DNA from: Acidobacteriota bacterium
GTDB taxonomy: Bacteria; Acidobacteriota; Thermoanaerobaculia; Multivoradales; UBA5704
Length of the DNA stretch: 50,614 nucleotides
Assembly (NCBI GenBank): GCA_040005235.1
Contig: JBDTZG010000041.1
Span: 1 to 50,614, forward strand
Reading direction: 5' to 3'
Within the stretch, counting starts at the first letter, position 1; every line of letters starts with the position of its first letter. The notes beneath the pieces are model-generated. The model worked only from the letters and a program-made list of their open reading frames with translations. It was not told the origin of the DNA and searched no databases. Positions 42,349 to 50,614 of the stretch are shown here, piece after piece. Both the position numbers and the translations under genes were made by a program.

Positions 42349-43769
42349 GCACGCGCGTCCTTTTGGTCGAGCACAGCGAGGTCGGCCGTGCGGTGCATGC
42401 GCGCGCTCTGCGCGAGGCCGGCTTCGAGGTCGAAGAAGCGCGCGATTTCGAGACCGCCATGGCGGCGCTCCCACGGCGCCCGCACGTGGTGGTGGCCGCC
42501 GTCGCGGTACCGACGATGGAAGGCTTCCCGCTCTTGCGCCTGCTCAAGGCCGACCCGGTGCAGGCGCGCATTCCGGTGCTGATCCTCTCCGGCGAAGGGG
42601 AGGCCGCTTCGCGTTTCTGGAGCGCCAAAAGCGGCGCCGCCGCCCGGCTCGACCTCGAAGCGCCGGCCGCAGTGCTTGCCGCCGAGGTCGCCCGGCTCGC
42701 GGCGTTGCGCCCGCTCGAGCCGAACCCCGCCGCCGGTGCGCCGAGCAGCGACCCTCATCTGCTCGGCCGGGTGGCCGGAGTGGCGGCGCGGCTCGACGCG
42801 GCGCTGCTCCAGGCCACCCTCGCGGCCGAGCTGCTCGAAGCGGGGATGGGCACGGGCGATTTCCACGAAGCCTGCCGCTCCGTGCTGGAAGTCCTGGGCG
42901 CGGTGGTCGACGCCCGCTTCCTGGGGGCGGCGGCGGGCGACGCCGAGCTGGTGGCGGCGCACGTGCTGCTGCCCGAGCCGCTTCCTCCCGACCTGCTCGC
43001 CGAGCTGGGCAAGCGCCTGTTCGCCTCGTTGGGCCTGCCGCCCGGCATTGCCCGCGATCTCGGCGTCTCGGGCGAGCGCGGCGGCGAGCCGGTCGATCTC
43101 GACCTCGCCGTCTGGCTGGAGCTGCCGCTCGCCCGCGGCCGGGGGAGCCTGGTCCTCCTGCCGCGCGATCCGGGGCAGTTCGCCACCTCCGCCTCGTCGC
43201 TGGTCGACGGCCTGGTCCGGCCGCTCGGCGTGGTGCTCGAAAACGCCCTGCTCGCCGAACGCCTGCGCGAGCTATCGGTGCTCGACGGCCTCACCCGCCT
43301 GCTCAACCGGCGCGCCATCTTCGAGCGCCTGAGCGAGGAGATCGAGCGCGCCCGCCGCTACCGCCAGCCGCTCTCGGTGGTGCTCTGCGACTTCGATTTC
43401 TTCAAGCGGATCAACGACCGCTTCGGCCACCTGGTGGGGGACGCGGTGCTGCGCGAAGGCTCGGCCGTGCTGCGCAAATCGCTGCGCACGACCGACCTGC
43501 TCGGCCGCTACGGCGGCGAGGAGTTTCTCGCCGTCCTGCCGCAGGTCGATCTCGAAGCCGCGCGCCAGGCGGCGGAACGGCTGCGCCGCGACATGGCGGC
43601 GCACCCGCTCGCCATCGCCACCGTGCCGCAGCAAAAAATCACCGCCTCCTTCGGCGTCGCGGCGCTCTCCGAGCTGGCCGGCCGTACCGCCGCCGACGAG
43701 CTGGTGGCGATCGCCGACCGAAGGCTCTACGAAGCGAAAGCCGCCGGCCGCGACCGGGTGCGGCCGTGA
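42345..43769 (+). CDS. Diguanylate cyclase with N-terminal pseudo-receiver domain
   Basis: DGLTRLLNRR, DFDFFKRIND.FGH..GD, I-site RTTD and active-site RYGGEEF; receiver-like N-terminus lacks the conserved Asp residues. Confidence 0.9.
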   Translation: MSTRVLLVEHSEVGRAVHARALREAGFEVEEARDFETAMAALPRRPHVVVAAVAVPTMEGFPLLRLLKADPVQARIPVLILSGEGEAASRFWSAKSGAAARLDLEAPAAVLAAEVARLAALRPLEPNPAAGAPSSDPHLLGRVAGVAARLDAALLQATLAAELLEAGMGTGDFHEACRSVLEVLGAVVDARFLGAAAGDAELVAAHVLLPEPLPPDLLAELGKRLFASLGLPPGIARDLGVSGERGGEPVDLDLAVWLELPLARGRGSLVLLPRDPGQFATSASSLVDGLVRPLGVVLENALLAERLRELSVLDGLTRLLNRRAIFERLSEEIERARRYRQPLSVVLCDFDFFKRINDRFGHLVGDAVLREGSAVLRKSLRTTDLLGRYGGEEFLAVLPQVDLEAARQAAERLRRDMAAHPLAIATVPQQKITASFGVAALSELAGRTAADELVAIADRRLYEAKAAGRDRVRP

Positions 43770-45193
43770 GCGGGAAGAGCGCCTCGTCGCTCGGCGGTAC
43801 CGGCGCGATCGCGCGCCCCGGCCCCCTCTCGAACGCCGAGCGGCTCTCCGGCCTGATCCGCGAAGCGACCGGCAACGTCGTCCCTGGCGAACGCCTGGCG
43901 CTGCTCGACGAGATCGCCAACCGCCGCACGGCGGCCACCCGTCAGCCGAGCGTCGAGGCGTACCTCTACGCCCTTTCGACCGGCGCCTTGGCCGACGAAT
44001 GGTCGGTCCTGATCGGCCTGGTGACGATCAAAGAGTCCTACTTCTTCCGCGCCCCCCAACAGCTCGACGCGATCATTCAAAAAGCGCTCCCCGCCCGAAT
44101 CGAAGCCCGCAGCCCTGAGCGCCGCCTGCGCATCTGGTCGGCCGCCTGCGCCCGCGGCGAAGAGCCGGCAACGATCGCCCTGATGCTCGCCGAGCACCCG
44201 GCGCTCCTCGGCTGGGATTGGCAGATCGTCGCCACCGACCTCGACACCGAAGCCTTGGCCGGAGCCGAACGCGGCCTCTACGGCGACCGCGCCGTCGCCC
44301 AGGTGCCGCCCGCGCTGCTCGAAAAATGGTTCACCAAACGCGGCAAGCTCTGGGAGCTGTCGGCCGACATCAGGCGACGCATCACCTACCGGCAGATCAA
44401 CCTCGCCCATCCGCCCTACGAGCTGCCGGAGAGCAGTTTCGACCTCATTCTGCTGCGCAATGTCCTGATCTACTTCCGCCGACCGCTCCAACGCAAAGTC
44501 GCGAACCAAGTCGCCCGCCGCCTAGCCCCCGGCGCCTACCTCTTCTTAGGCGCCTCCGAAACCCTCTGGCAGATCCACGCCGATCTGGAGCCCGTCGATC
44601 TGGGACCCTGCTTCGGATACATCCAAGGCACCGCGCGGCCGGAGACGAAGAGGCCCGAGCCGGTGGCGGCGCAGAAGCCTAGGGTAGTGCCGGCTGCCGC
44701 GCCGAAGCCCCAGCCTACGGCTCGACCCCAGGCTCCACCACCACCGCGTCCGGTTCCAGCACGGCCCGTCGCAACTGCCACCGTAGAACCTGCCTCGCCC
44801 ATCCGGAACCTCGAAGTCGCGGCCCTCGCCCTCGCGGGAAATCGCCTCGACGAAGCCGCCCGCCACCTCGAATCCGCCCTAGCGAGGGAGCCCGAAAACG
44901 CCACCGCCCACGCGCTCCAAGGCTTCCTCGACGACCTCTCCGGCCGACCCGAAAACGCCGTCGCCGCCTACCGCGCAGCTCTCTACCTCAACCCCGATCT
45001 CTACCAGGCGCGCCTGCTGCTCGCCGACCGTCTGCTGCATCTAGGCCAAGCCAGAAGGGCGGAGCACGAGTTCCGCGAGGTGCTCTCGGCGCTGCTCGCA
45101 GGGAAGGGGAAGGAGCTGGTTCTGCCGGAGGCACTCGCATTGCCGGATCGGGAACGGGCGCTGCGGCGCTGCCGGCAGGCGCTGGGGGGCTAG
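43766..45193 (+). CDS. cheR: CheR methyltransferase with Pro-rich linker and C-terminal TPRs, WspC-like
   Basis: TIKESYFFR, IWSAAC..GEE, ATDLD and FDLILLRNVLIYF; TPR AYRAALYLNPD; GTG 43766. Confidence 0.92.
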   Translation: MSGKSASSLGGTGAIARPGPLSNAERLSGLIREATGNVVPGERLALLDEIANRRTAATRQPSVEAYLYALSTGALADEWSVLIGLVTIKESYFFRAPQQLDAIIQKALPARIEARSPERRLRIWSAACARGEEPATIALMLAEHPALLGWDWQIVATDLDTEALAGAERGLYGDRAVAQVPPALLEKWFTKRGKLWELSADIRRRITYRQINLAHPPYELPESSFDLILLRNVLIYFRRPLQRKVANQVARRLAPGAYLFLGASETLWQIHADLEPVDLGPCFGYIQGTARPETKRPEPVAAQKPRVVPAAAPKPQPTARPQAPPPPRPVPARPVATATVEPASPIRNLEVAALALAGNRLDEAARHLESALAREPENATAHALQGFLDDLSGRPENAVAAYRAALYLNPDLYQARLLLADRLLHLGQARRAEHEFREVLSALLAGKGKELVLPEALALPDRERALRRCRQALGG

Positions 45194-45292
45194 GGTTTCT
45201 GGAAAAAGCAACGGCTGCCGTGCTACGATTCCCGCCGGCTCACGTCGTAAATTGCCGTGAGCCGACCAAAGAAAAAGGGGAGAGGAGAGTTC

Positions 45293-45919
45293 ATGGGGGC
45301 ACCGGCAAAGCTCGACCCGAAATTCGACTCGACGGTCGCCTATCTCCACTGCCACGGTATCCGGGTTTCTCCAAGCGTGCTGGACGAGATGATGAAAGAG
45401 GCGGTCGCGCGGCTGCACCGCACGATGTACCGGACGGACCCGCGACTGGATCTCTCCGCGGCCGAGGTGGCGGAGCTGCGGCGTGGCGGCTTCGTGTTGG
45501 AACCGACCGACCTAGGCGCCGAGGACCCGCTGATTCAAACGGCGGTGGATCTGGCGGCCTTGCTTCAAGACAGCTTGCCGACCGCTGAAGCCGCGGCACG
45601 TCTGGGTGTCGATCCCAGCCGCATCCGCCAGCGCCTCACCTCCGTCCCTCCGAGCCTCTATGGCATCCGGCTCGATTCCGGTTGGGTCGTCCCGACGTTT
45701 CAGTTGGAAGGGAATAAGACCCTTCCGGGGATCGCCGAGGTGGTGGCAGGCCTCGATCCGGAGCTCCATCCGGTGACCGTCTTTCGATGGTTCCATCTGC
45801 CGAATGCCGACCTGGTCCTCGAACGGAAAAAAGAAGAGCCCCGCACCCTCTGTCCTCGCGACTGGCTGCGTTTGGGCTTGTCCGTAGCACCGGTCGCCGA
45901 GCTGGCGGGCCAGCTCTGA
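45293..45919 (+). CDS. HTH protein, putative antitoxin of a RES toxin (Xre/MbcA-like C-terminus)
   Basis: HTH AEAAARLGVDPSRIRQR; C-terminal RWFHLPNADL...PRDWL; AGGAGAG RBS; TGCTACGAT extended -10 at 45221-45229. Confidence 0.7.
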   Translation: MGAPAKLDPKFDSTVAYLHCHGIRVSPSVLDEMMKEAVARLHRTMYRTDPRLDLSAAEVAELRRGGFVLEPTDLGAEDPLIQTAVDLAALLQDSLPTAEAAARLGVDPSRIRQRLTSVPPSLYGIRLDSGWVVPTFQLEGNKTLPGIAEVVAGLDPELHPVTVFRWFHLPNADLVLERKKEEPRTLCPRDWLRLGLSVAPVAELAGQL

Positions 45920-45928
45920 ACTTTTGCC

Positions 45929-46552
45929 TTGGCGAAGTTCCCTGAACCTCCGCCGACGGAATCACTGGCGCGGATCGCTCCAGAGATCCGAAGCATCGAA
46001 GCGGGCGAGACCCTCTGGCGTCTCTACTTCCGCGGTGGGCGTCACCCCACGTTCTGGAACACCTTTCGCTCGTTCGGCCCGACCGGCGCCCGCTTCGACC
46101 ACCAGATCCCGCCTCCGCACCCGCAGGAGCGCCTCATCCTCTACTGTGCCGCCGAAGGACCGACTTGCCTCGCGGAAGTCTTCCAAGACGCAAGGGTGAT
46201 CGACCGTGCCGCGCGAGACCCGTGGCTCGCGGCTTTCCACACGATCCAGCCGCTACAACTTCTCGATCTCACCGGAACTTGGCCCACCCGAGTGGGAGCT
46301 TCCATGGCGATCAACACCGGCCCCCGCTCGCGGGCGCGGCGCTGGGCGCAGGCGATCTACGATGCCTATCCGGACGTCCAAGGAATCTTCTATCCCTCCT
46401 CCATGCATGCCAATCGGCCCGCCGTCGCCCTCTGGGAGCGGGCCGCCGAGGGGCTCTCACCCGTCCCGGTCTTCCACCGACCCCTGGTCGATCCGGCGCT
46501 ACTCCCCGTGCTCAGCCGCGTGGCGCGCGACCTCGGTTACGGGCTGGTCTGA
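45929..46552 (+). CDS. RES-domain protein (putative NAD+-consuming toxin)
   Basis: LWRL, GARFD, LYCA, LAEVF and GIFYPSS, so the R, E and S residues are present. Confidence 0.85.
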   Translation: MAKFPEPPPTESLARIAPEIRSIEAGETLWRLYFRGGRHPTFWNTFRSFGPTGARFDHQIPPPHPQERLILYCAAEGPTCLAEVFQDARVIDRAARDPWLAAFHTIQPLQLLDLTGTWPTRVGASMAINTGPRSRARRWAQAIYDAYPDVQGIFYPSSMHANRPAVALWERAAEGLSPVPVFHRPLVDPALLPVLSRVARDLGYGLV

Positions 46553-46583
46553 GGTCGCCTGGGGAAAGCCAGGTGGCGAGGTT

Positions 46584-46665
46584 CCCGGGACCGCCGAGCA
46601 CCAGCTCGGCCCCCGAATCGGCCGAGGTCGCCAAAGCAGCCGAGCTGGTGCTCGGCGGTCCCGGG
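46584..46665. repeat. REP doublet (REPIN-like), copy 1
   Basis: Perfect 27-bp inverted arms CCCGGGACCGCCGAGCACCAGCTCGGC (46584-46610 and 46639-46665); each arm contains the palindrome GCCGAGC-ACCA-GCTCGGC. Confidence 0.88.
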
Positions 46666-46839
46666 GGCGCTCGAGGACGGCGGAAAGATTCGGTGCTCAT
46701 AGGGGTCGGCCGGGCCCCGAATTCACTGGTGCGATGCCGGCCGCCGATCAGACGCCTCCCCTGATAAGCTCCAGCGGCTCCGGCGGTCGTCATCGGTCCG
46801 GGGCGCTCCCAGGTTTGCCAATTCGCCAGGAGGGTGAGC

Positions 46840-48012
46840 GTGAAGATCCACGAGTATCAAGCGAAGGAAATCCTGCGCCGTTATGGGGTGGCCACCCCGA
46901 AGGGGCAGGTGACGGACGATCCGGAGGAGGCCGGCCGGATTGCGGAGGGGTTCGGCGGGCGCGCGGTGGTCAAAGCGCAGATCCATGCCGGCGGACGGGG
47001 CAAAGGCGGCGGGGTGAAAGTCGGCAAGTCGCCCGAAGAGGTGAAGGAGCTCGCGGGCAAGATCCTCGGCATGCAGCTGGTCACGCCGCAGACCGGGCCG
47101 GAGGGGCAGCGGGTGCGGAAGGTGCTGGTCGAAGAGGCGCTCGACATCGCCTCCGAGCTGTACCTTTCGGTGACGCTCGACCGAGCGAACGGCAAACCGG
47201 TGATCATGGCGTCGGTTTCGGGCGGCATGGACATCGAAGAGGTGGCCGCGCACGATCCCGATGCGATCTTCCGCCTGCACGTCGATCCGCATCTCGGCCT
47301 GCTGCCGTTTGAGGGCCGGGCGGTCGCGCGCGGCCTGAAGCTCAAGGGCGACACGGCGCGGCAGTGCGGCAAGCTGGTCGCCGCGCTGATCAAGGCGTAT
47401 CTGGATACCGACGCCTCTTTGGTCGAGATCAATCCGCTCCTGATCACCGGCGGCGGCGACGTGCTGGCGCTCGACGCGAAGATGACTTTCGACGACAACG
47501 CGATGTTCCGCCACGCCGACATCCTGGAGATGCGCGACGTCGAAGAGGAAGATCCTTCGGAAGTCGAGGCGGGCAAATTCAATCTGAACTACATCAAGCT
47601 CGACGGCTCGATCGCCTGCATGGTGAACGGCGCAGGGCTTGCGATGGCGACGATGGACATCATTCAGCTCCACGGCGGCTCGCCCGCGAACTTCCTGGAC
47701 GTCGGCGGCTCGGCGAGCCAAGAGGCGGTCAAAAACGCGTTCCGCATCCTGGTCTCCGATCCGAACGTCAAGGCGGTGCTGATCAACATCTTCGGCGGCA
47801 TCGCGCGCACCGACCGGATCGCCAACGGCGTGGTCGGCGCGATCCAGGAGTTGGGCAACGTCACGCTGCCCGTGGTGGTGCGGCTCGAAGGGACGAACGT
47901 CACGCTGGGCCGGCAGATCCTGCGCGACGCGCCCTTCTCATTCATCGTCGCCGAGGACATGGAAGACGCCGCGACGAAGGTGGTTGCGGCGGCCGAAGGG
48001 AGAGCCGCGTAA
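46840..48012 (+). CDS. sucC: Succinyl-CoA synthetase beta subunit
   Basis: [43 protein letters not shown] and NIFGGI; GTG after AGGAGG. Confidence 0.97.
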   Translation: MKIHEYQAKEILRRYGVATPKGQVTDDPEEAGRIAEGFGGRAVVKAQIHAGGRGKGGGVKVGKSPEEVKELAGKILGMQLVTPQTGPEGQRVRKVLVEEALDIASELYLSVTLDRANGKPVIMASVSGGMDIEEVAAHDPDAIFRLHVDPHLGLLPFEGRAVARGLKLKGDTARQCGKLVAALIKAYLDTDASLVEINPLLITGGGDVLALDAKMTFDDNAMFRHADILEMRDVEEEDPSEVEAGKFNLNYIKLDGSIACMVNGAGLAMATMDIIQLHGGSPANFLDVGGSASQEAVKNAFRILVSDPNVKAVLINIFGGIARTDRIANGVVGAIQELGNVTLPVVVRLEGTNVTLGRQILRDAPFSFIVAEDMEDAATKVVAAAEGRAA

Positions 48013-48893
48013 TGGCGATTTGGGTGAATGACGACACGCGCCTGTTGGTCCAGGGGATCACGGGCAAAGAGGGAACCTTCCACGCGCTCGGCTGCCGCGA
48101 GTACGGCACGAAAGTCGTGGCCGGCGTGACGCCGGGCAAGGGGGGCGAGACGGTCGAGGGGATTCCGGTCTTCGATTCGGTCGAAGAGGCGCGCCGAGAG
48201 ACCGGCGCCAATGCTTCGATGATCTTCGTGCCGCCGCCGTATGCGGCCGACGCGATCATGGAATCCGCCGCGGCCGGGATCGAGCTGACCGTCTGCATCA
48301 CCGAGGGCATTCCGGTGAACGACATGCTCCAGGTGAAAGCGTTCCTGCGCGACAACCCGACGCGGCTGATCGGGCCGAACTGCCCGGGCGTGATCTCGCC
48401 GGGCCACGCGAAGATCGGCATCATGCCGGGACACATCCATAAGGAAGGCTCGGTCGGCGTGATCAGCCGCTCCGGCACGCTCACCTACGAGGCGGTCTGG
48501 CAGCTCACCAACCTCGACTTCGGCCAGTCGACCTGCGTGGGCATCGGCGGCGATCCGGTGAACGGCACCAACTTCATCGACGTGCTCACTGCGTTCAAAG
48601 ACGACGCCTCGACCGAGGCGGTGATCTTCATCGGCGAGATCGGCGGCGACGCCGAAGAGAAGGCCGCGACCTGGTGCAAAGAGAACTGGGATCTTGAGCG
48701 GCGCCCGATCGTCGGCTTCATCGCCGGCCGCACCGCGCCTCCGGGCCGGCGCATGGGCCACGCGGGAGCGATCGTCGCGGGCGGCAAGGGAACGGCGTCC
48801 GAGAAGATGCAGGCGATGAAGGATGCCGGAATCCACGTCGTCGAATCGCCCGGGCATCTAGGCGAGACGGTGAAGCGGGCGCTCGGCCGATGA
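48012..48893 (+). CDS. sucD: Succinyl-CoA synthetase alpha subunit
   Basis: [36 protein letters not shown] and MGHAGA; TAATG overlap with sucC. Confidence 0.97.
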   Translation: MAIWVNDDTRLLVQGITGKEGTFHALGCREYGTKVVAGVTPGKGGETVEGIPVFDSVEEARRETGANASMIFVPPPYAADAIMESAAAGIELTVCITEGIPVNDMLQVKAFLRDNPTRLIGPNCPGVISPGHAKIGIMPGHIHKEGSVGVISRSGTLTYEAVWQLTNLDFGQSTCVGIGGDPVNGTNFIDVLTAFKDDASTEAVIFIGEIGGDAEEKAATWCKENWDLERRPIVGFIAGRTAPPGRRMGHAGAIVAGGKGTASEKMQAMKDAGIHVVESPGHLGETVKRALGR

Positions 48894-49636
48894 CGGAAGG
48901 TCCGAACGACGAATCGCCCGCCGGGGACCGCGAGGAGGGGGAGGACCCTTCCAAGCTCGTGCGGCTTCTGGTTCGCGATCCGTCGTTCACCGGGACGCTC
49001 GTTCTGCTCGGTGGCGGCGAGTTCAGCTTCGGCGAGACCGCCGAGGCGGATCAGGCTTGGCTCGATGAAACTCCGGAAGGCTCGACCGTCGGGTTCGTCC
49101 CGGCGGCGAGCGGTTCGGAGGATTACGGCCGGCATTTCGCCGAGTACCTGCTCGAAGAGTTCGAGCGGACGGCCGAGACGATCCCGATCTATCGCGGGCG
49201 CGACGGCCGGCGCGGCAAGAACGCCGAGCGGATTCGCGACGTCGGGGCGGTCTACTTAGGTGGCGGCGTCGCCGACCACCTGCTCGAAGCGGTCGTCGGC
49301 ACCGCGGCGGCCGAGGCGCTCGCGGCGAAGCTCAAGGCTGGGGGAGTCGTTGTCGCGATCGCGGCGTCGGCCCAGGCCGTCGGCGCCTACGCGCGGAGCA
49401 TCGCGGGCGGCACTCTGATCCCCGGGCTCGGCTGGCTGCCCGAAGGGGTGGTCGAACCGAATTTCGATCCCGGCCACGACCGCCGCCTGCGGAAGCTGCT
49501 CGAAGCGCCCGGCGTCACCTGGGGTCTGGGCATCCCGTCCGGCGCCGCGGTCCTGCTCGGCCCCGAAGGGGTGGAGCTGGTGGGGACGATCTATCTGGTC
49601 CGCGGCGCCAAGGGCGAAATCGAAACACTCTCCTGA
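48890..49636 (+). CDS. Peptidase S51 (cyanophycinase/PepE)-fold protein, apparently catalytically degenerate
   Basis: [20 protein letters not shown] and GLGWLP scaffold motifs; GxSAG is replaced by AIAAS; ATGA overlap with sucD. Confidence 0.75.
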   Translation: MTEGPNDESPAGDREEGEDPSKLVRLLVRDPSFTGTLVLLGGGEFSFGETAEADQAWLDETPEGSTVGFVPAASGSEDYGRHFAEYLLEEFERTAETIPIYRGRDGRRGKNAERIRDVGAVYLGGGVADHLLEAVVGTAAAEALAAKLKAGGVVVAIAASAQAVGAYARSIAGGTLIPGLGWLPEGVVEPNFDPGHDRRLRKLLEAPGVTWGLGIPSGAAVLLGPEGVELVGTIYLVRGAKGEIETLS

Positions 49637-49734
49637 AAGCTTGACCTCAGGAGATCCAATTGAACGATGGAGCCGGCCGGCCTCTAAGGTCAAACCGCCG
49701 GCTTTCCTATCCAAATCGAAGTCTGGAGAAGACC

Positions 49735-50157
49735 ATGGAAACGACTCTCACGATCTTGAAGCCCGACAGCGTCGCGGCGGGCAACGCCGGCAACATCATC
49801 GCCCACCTCCAGAAGGAGGGCTTCCAGATCCTCGGCATCAAGATGCTCCGCTTGACCCCGGCGCAGGCCCAGGCGTTCTACGAGGTCCACAAGGAGCGGC
49901 CGTTCTACGGCAGCCTGGTCGAGTTCATGACCGGCGGCCCGGTGATGCCGATCGCGCTCGCCCGCGAGAACGCGGTCGCCCACCTGCGCGAAGTGATGGG
50001 CGCCACGGACGTCGCCAAGGCGGCGGCGGGGACGATCCGCAACCTGTTCGGCACCTCGATCGAAGCGAACGCGATCCACGGCAGCGACTCGGCCGAGAAC
50101 GCAGCGATCGAAACCGCGTTCTTCTTCTCGCGCGCCGAGCTGATCGCGGCTCAATAG
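49735..50157 (+). CDS. ndk: Nucleoside diphosphate kinase
   Basis: TLTILKPD, FYEVHKERPF, GTIR and NAIHGSDS; ATG after GGAGA. Confidence 0.97.
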   Translation: METTLTILKPDSVAAGNAGNIIAHLQKEGFQILGIKMLRLTPAQAQAFYEVHKERPFYGSLVEFMTGGPVMPIALARENAVAHLREVMGATDVAKAAAGTIRNLFGTSIEANAIHGSDSAENAAIETAFFFSRAELIAAQ

Positions 50158-50187
50158 CCGCTCAAACCAGGGAAGGAGTCCGAAGCG

Positions 50188-50448
50188 ATGAGCCTCCGAA
50201 TCTCCGACGCGGCGCCGGTAAACCAGATCGCCCCCGAGCGCCGCGGCCCCGCCGTCGCCCGTTTCTGTCACGGCTGCCAGCAGCTTTATCCCCTTCTGCG
50301 CGCCCGTCACGTGGGCCGGCCGGTCTACGGCCGCGACCTGGTGACGTCCACCTGCTCCTACGAGGGAATGGCGTTCGGCCACGACGCCACCTGGTGGGAA
50401 GTGGCGGTCGAAGTACTGCCGGCGGTCGTAGCACCCGTCGCCGCGTAG
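50188..50448 (+). CDS. Small hypothetical protein with CxxC (possible metal binding)
   Basis: GGAAGGAG RBS; host-like codon usage; FCHGC...H...C. Confidence 0.65.
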   Translation: MSLRISDAAPVNQIAPERRGPAVARFCHGCQQLYPLLRARHVGRPVYGRDLVTSTCSYEGMAFGHDATWWEVAVEVLPAVVAPVAA

Positions 50449-50456
50449 GTAACCCT

Positions 50457-50530
50457 GGGACCGCCGAGCACCAGCTCGGCACCGAGGCGGCGCAAAGCCA
50501 AAAACGGCCGAGCTGGTGCTCGGCGGTCCC
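50457..50530. repeat. REP doublet (REPIN-like), copy 2
   Basis: Perfect 24-bp inverted arms GGGACCGCCGAGCACCAGCTCGGC (50457-50480 and 50507-50530), identical to the core of the copy 1 arms. Confidence 0.88.
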
Positions 50531-50614
50531 GGGGAGAAGCGAAAGCACGGAGACGACGGCCGAACGGCGCTGTAAAGCCGCTATCGGCCGTCGACGGCGG
50601 GTCTGCGGCCTTCG

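Noticed and set aside
40522-43765. Apparent long N-terminal extensions of CheB (608 aa) and CheR (1037 aa)
   Set aside because: Off-frame read-through over cheA, cheB and the DGC gene; the true GTG starts overlap upstream stops at 41161 and 43766.
47364-48011. 509-aa version of SucD
   Set aside because: The upstream part is an alternate frame of sucC; the real start is ATG 48012.

Overview
High-GC bacterial chromosomal segment. The gene order mtnP-surE-pcm-apt and the gene content suggest Acidobacteriota, possibly Thermoanaerobaculia; this is inference only. Core genes (mtnP partial, surE, pcm, apt, recQ, a YfgM-like TPR protein, pyrimidine-nucleoside phosphorylase, sucCD, ndk) are interleaved with five accessory blocks. 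(1) A decayed island (about 2.4-7.0 kb) at the 3' end of tRNA-Arg(CCT) holds REP-like repeats, a lipoprotein metallophosphoesterase, a frameshifted coiled-coil gene coupled to a trypsin-like protease, and a 5' remnant of a PLD/helicase-type gene. (2) A 10-kb signalling operon has a poly-HAMP hybrid kinase and two more hybrid kinases, with a short MetE-like Zn enzyme gene inserted between those two and translationally coupled to the last. (3) An orphan CmlA-type diiron beta-hydroxylase is followed by a patch of small TA-like genes (DUF5674 pair, orphan DUF433). (4) An 8-gene Wsp-like chemosensory operon has two receptors that carry a Cache-like domain after the signalling hairpin, and its diguanylate cyclase has a non-phosphorylatable receiver. 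(5) A RES/Xre-type TA pair. No CRISPR array, integrase, transposase or rRNA was found. The best candidates for undescribed systems are the inverted-architecture chemosensory pathway and the MetE-like/kinase module. All family assignments come from recognising motifs by eye, not from database searches.
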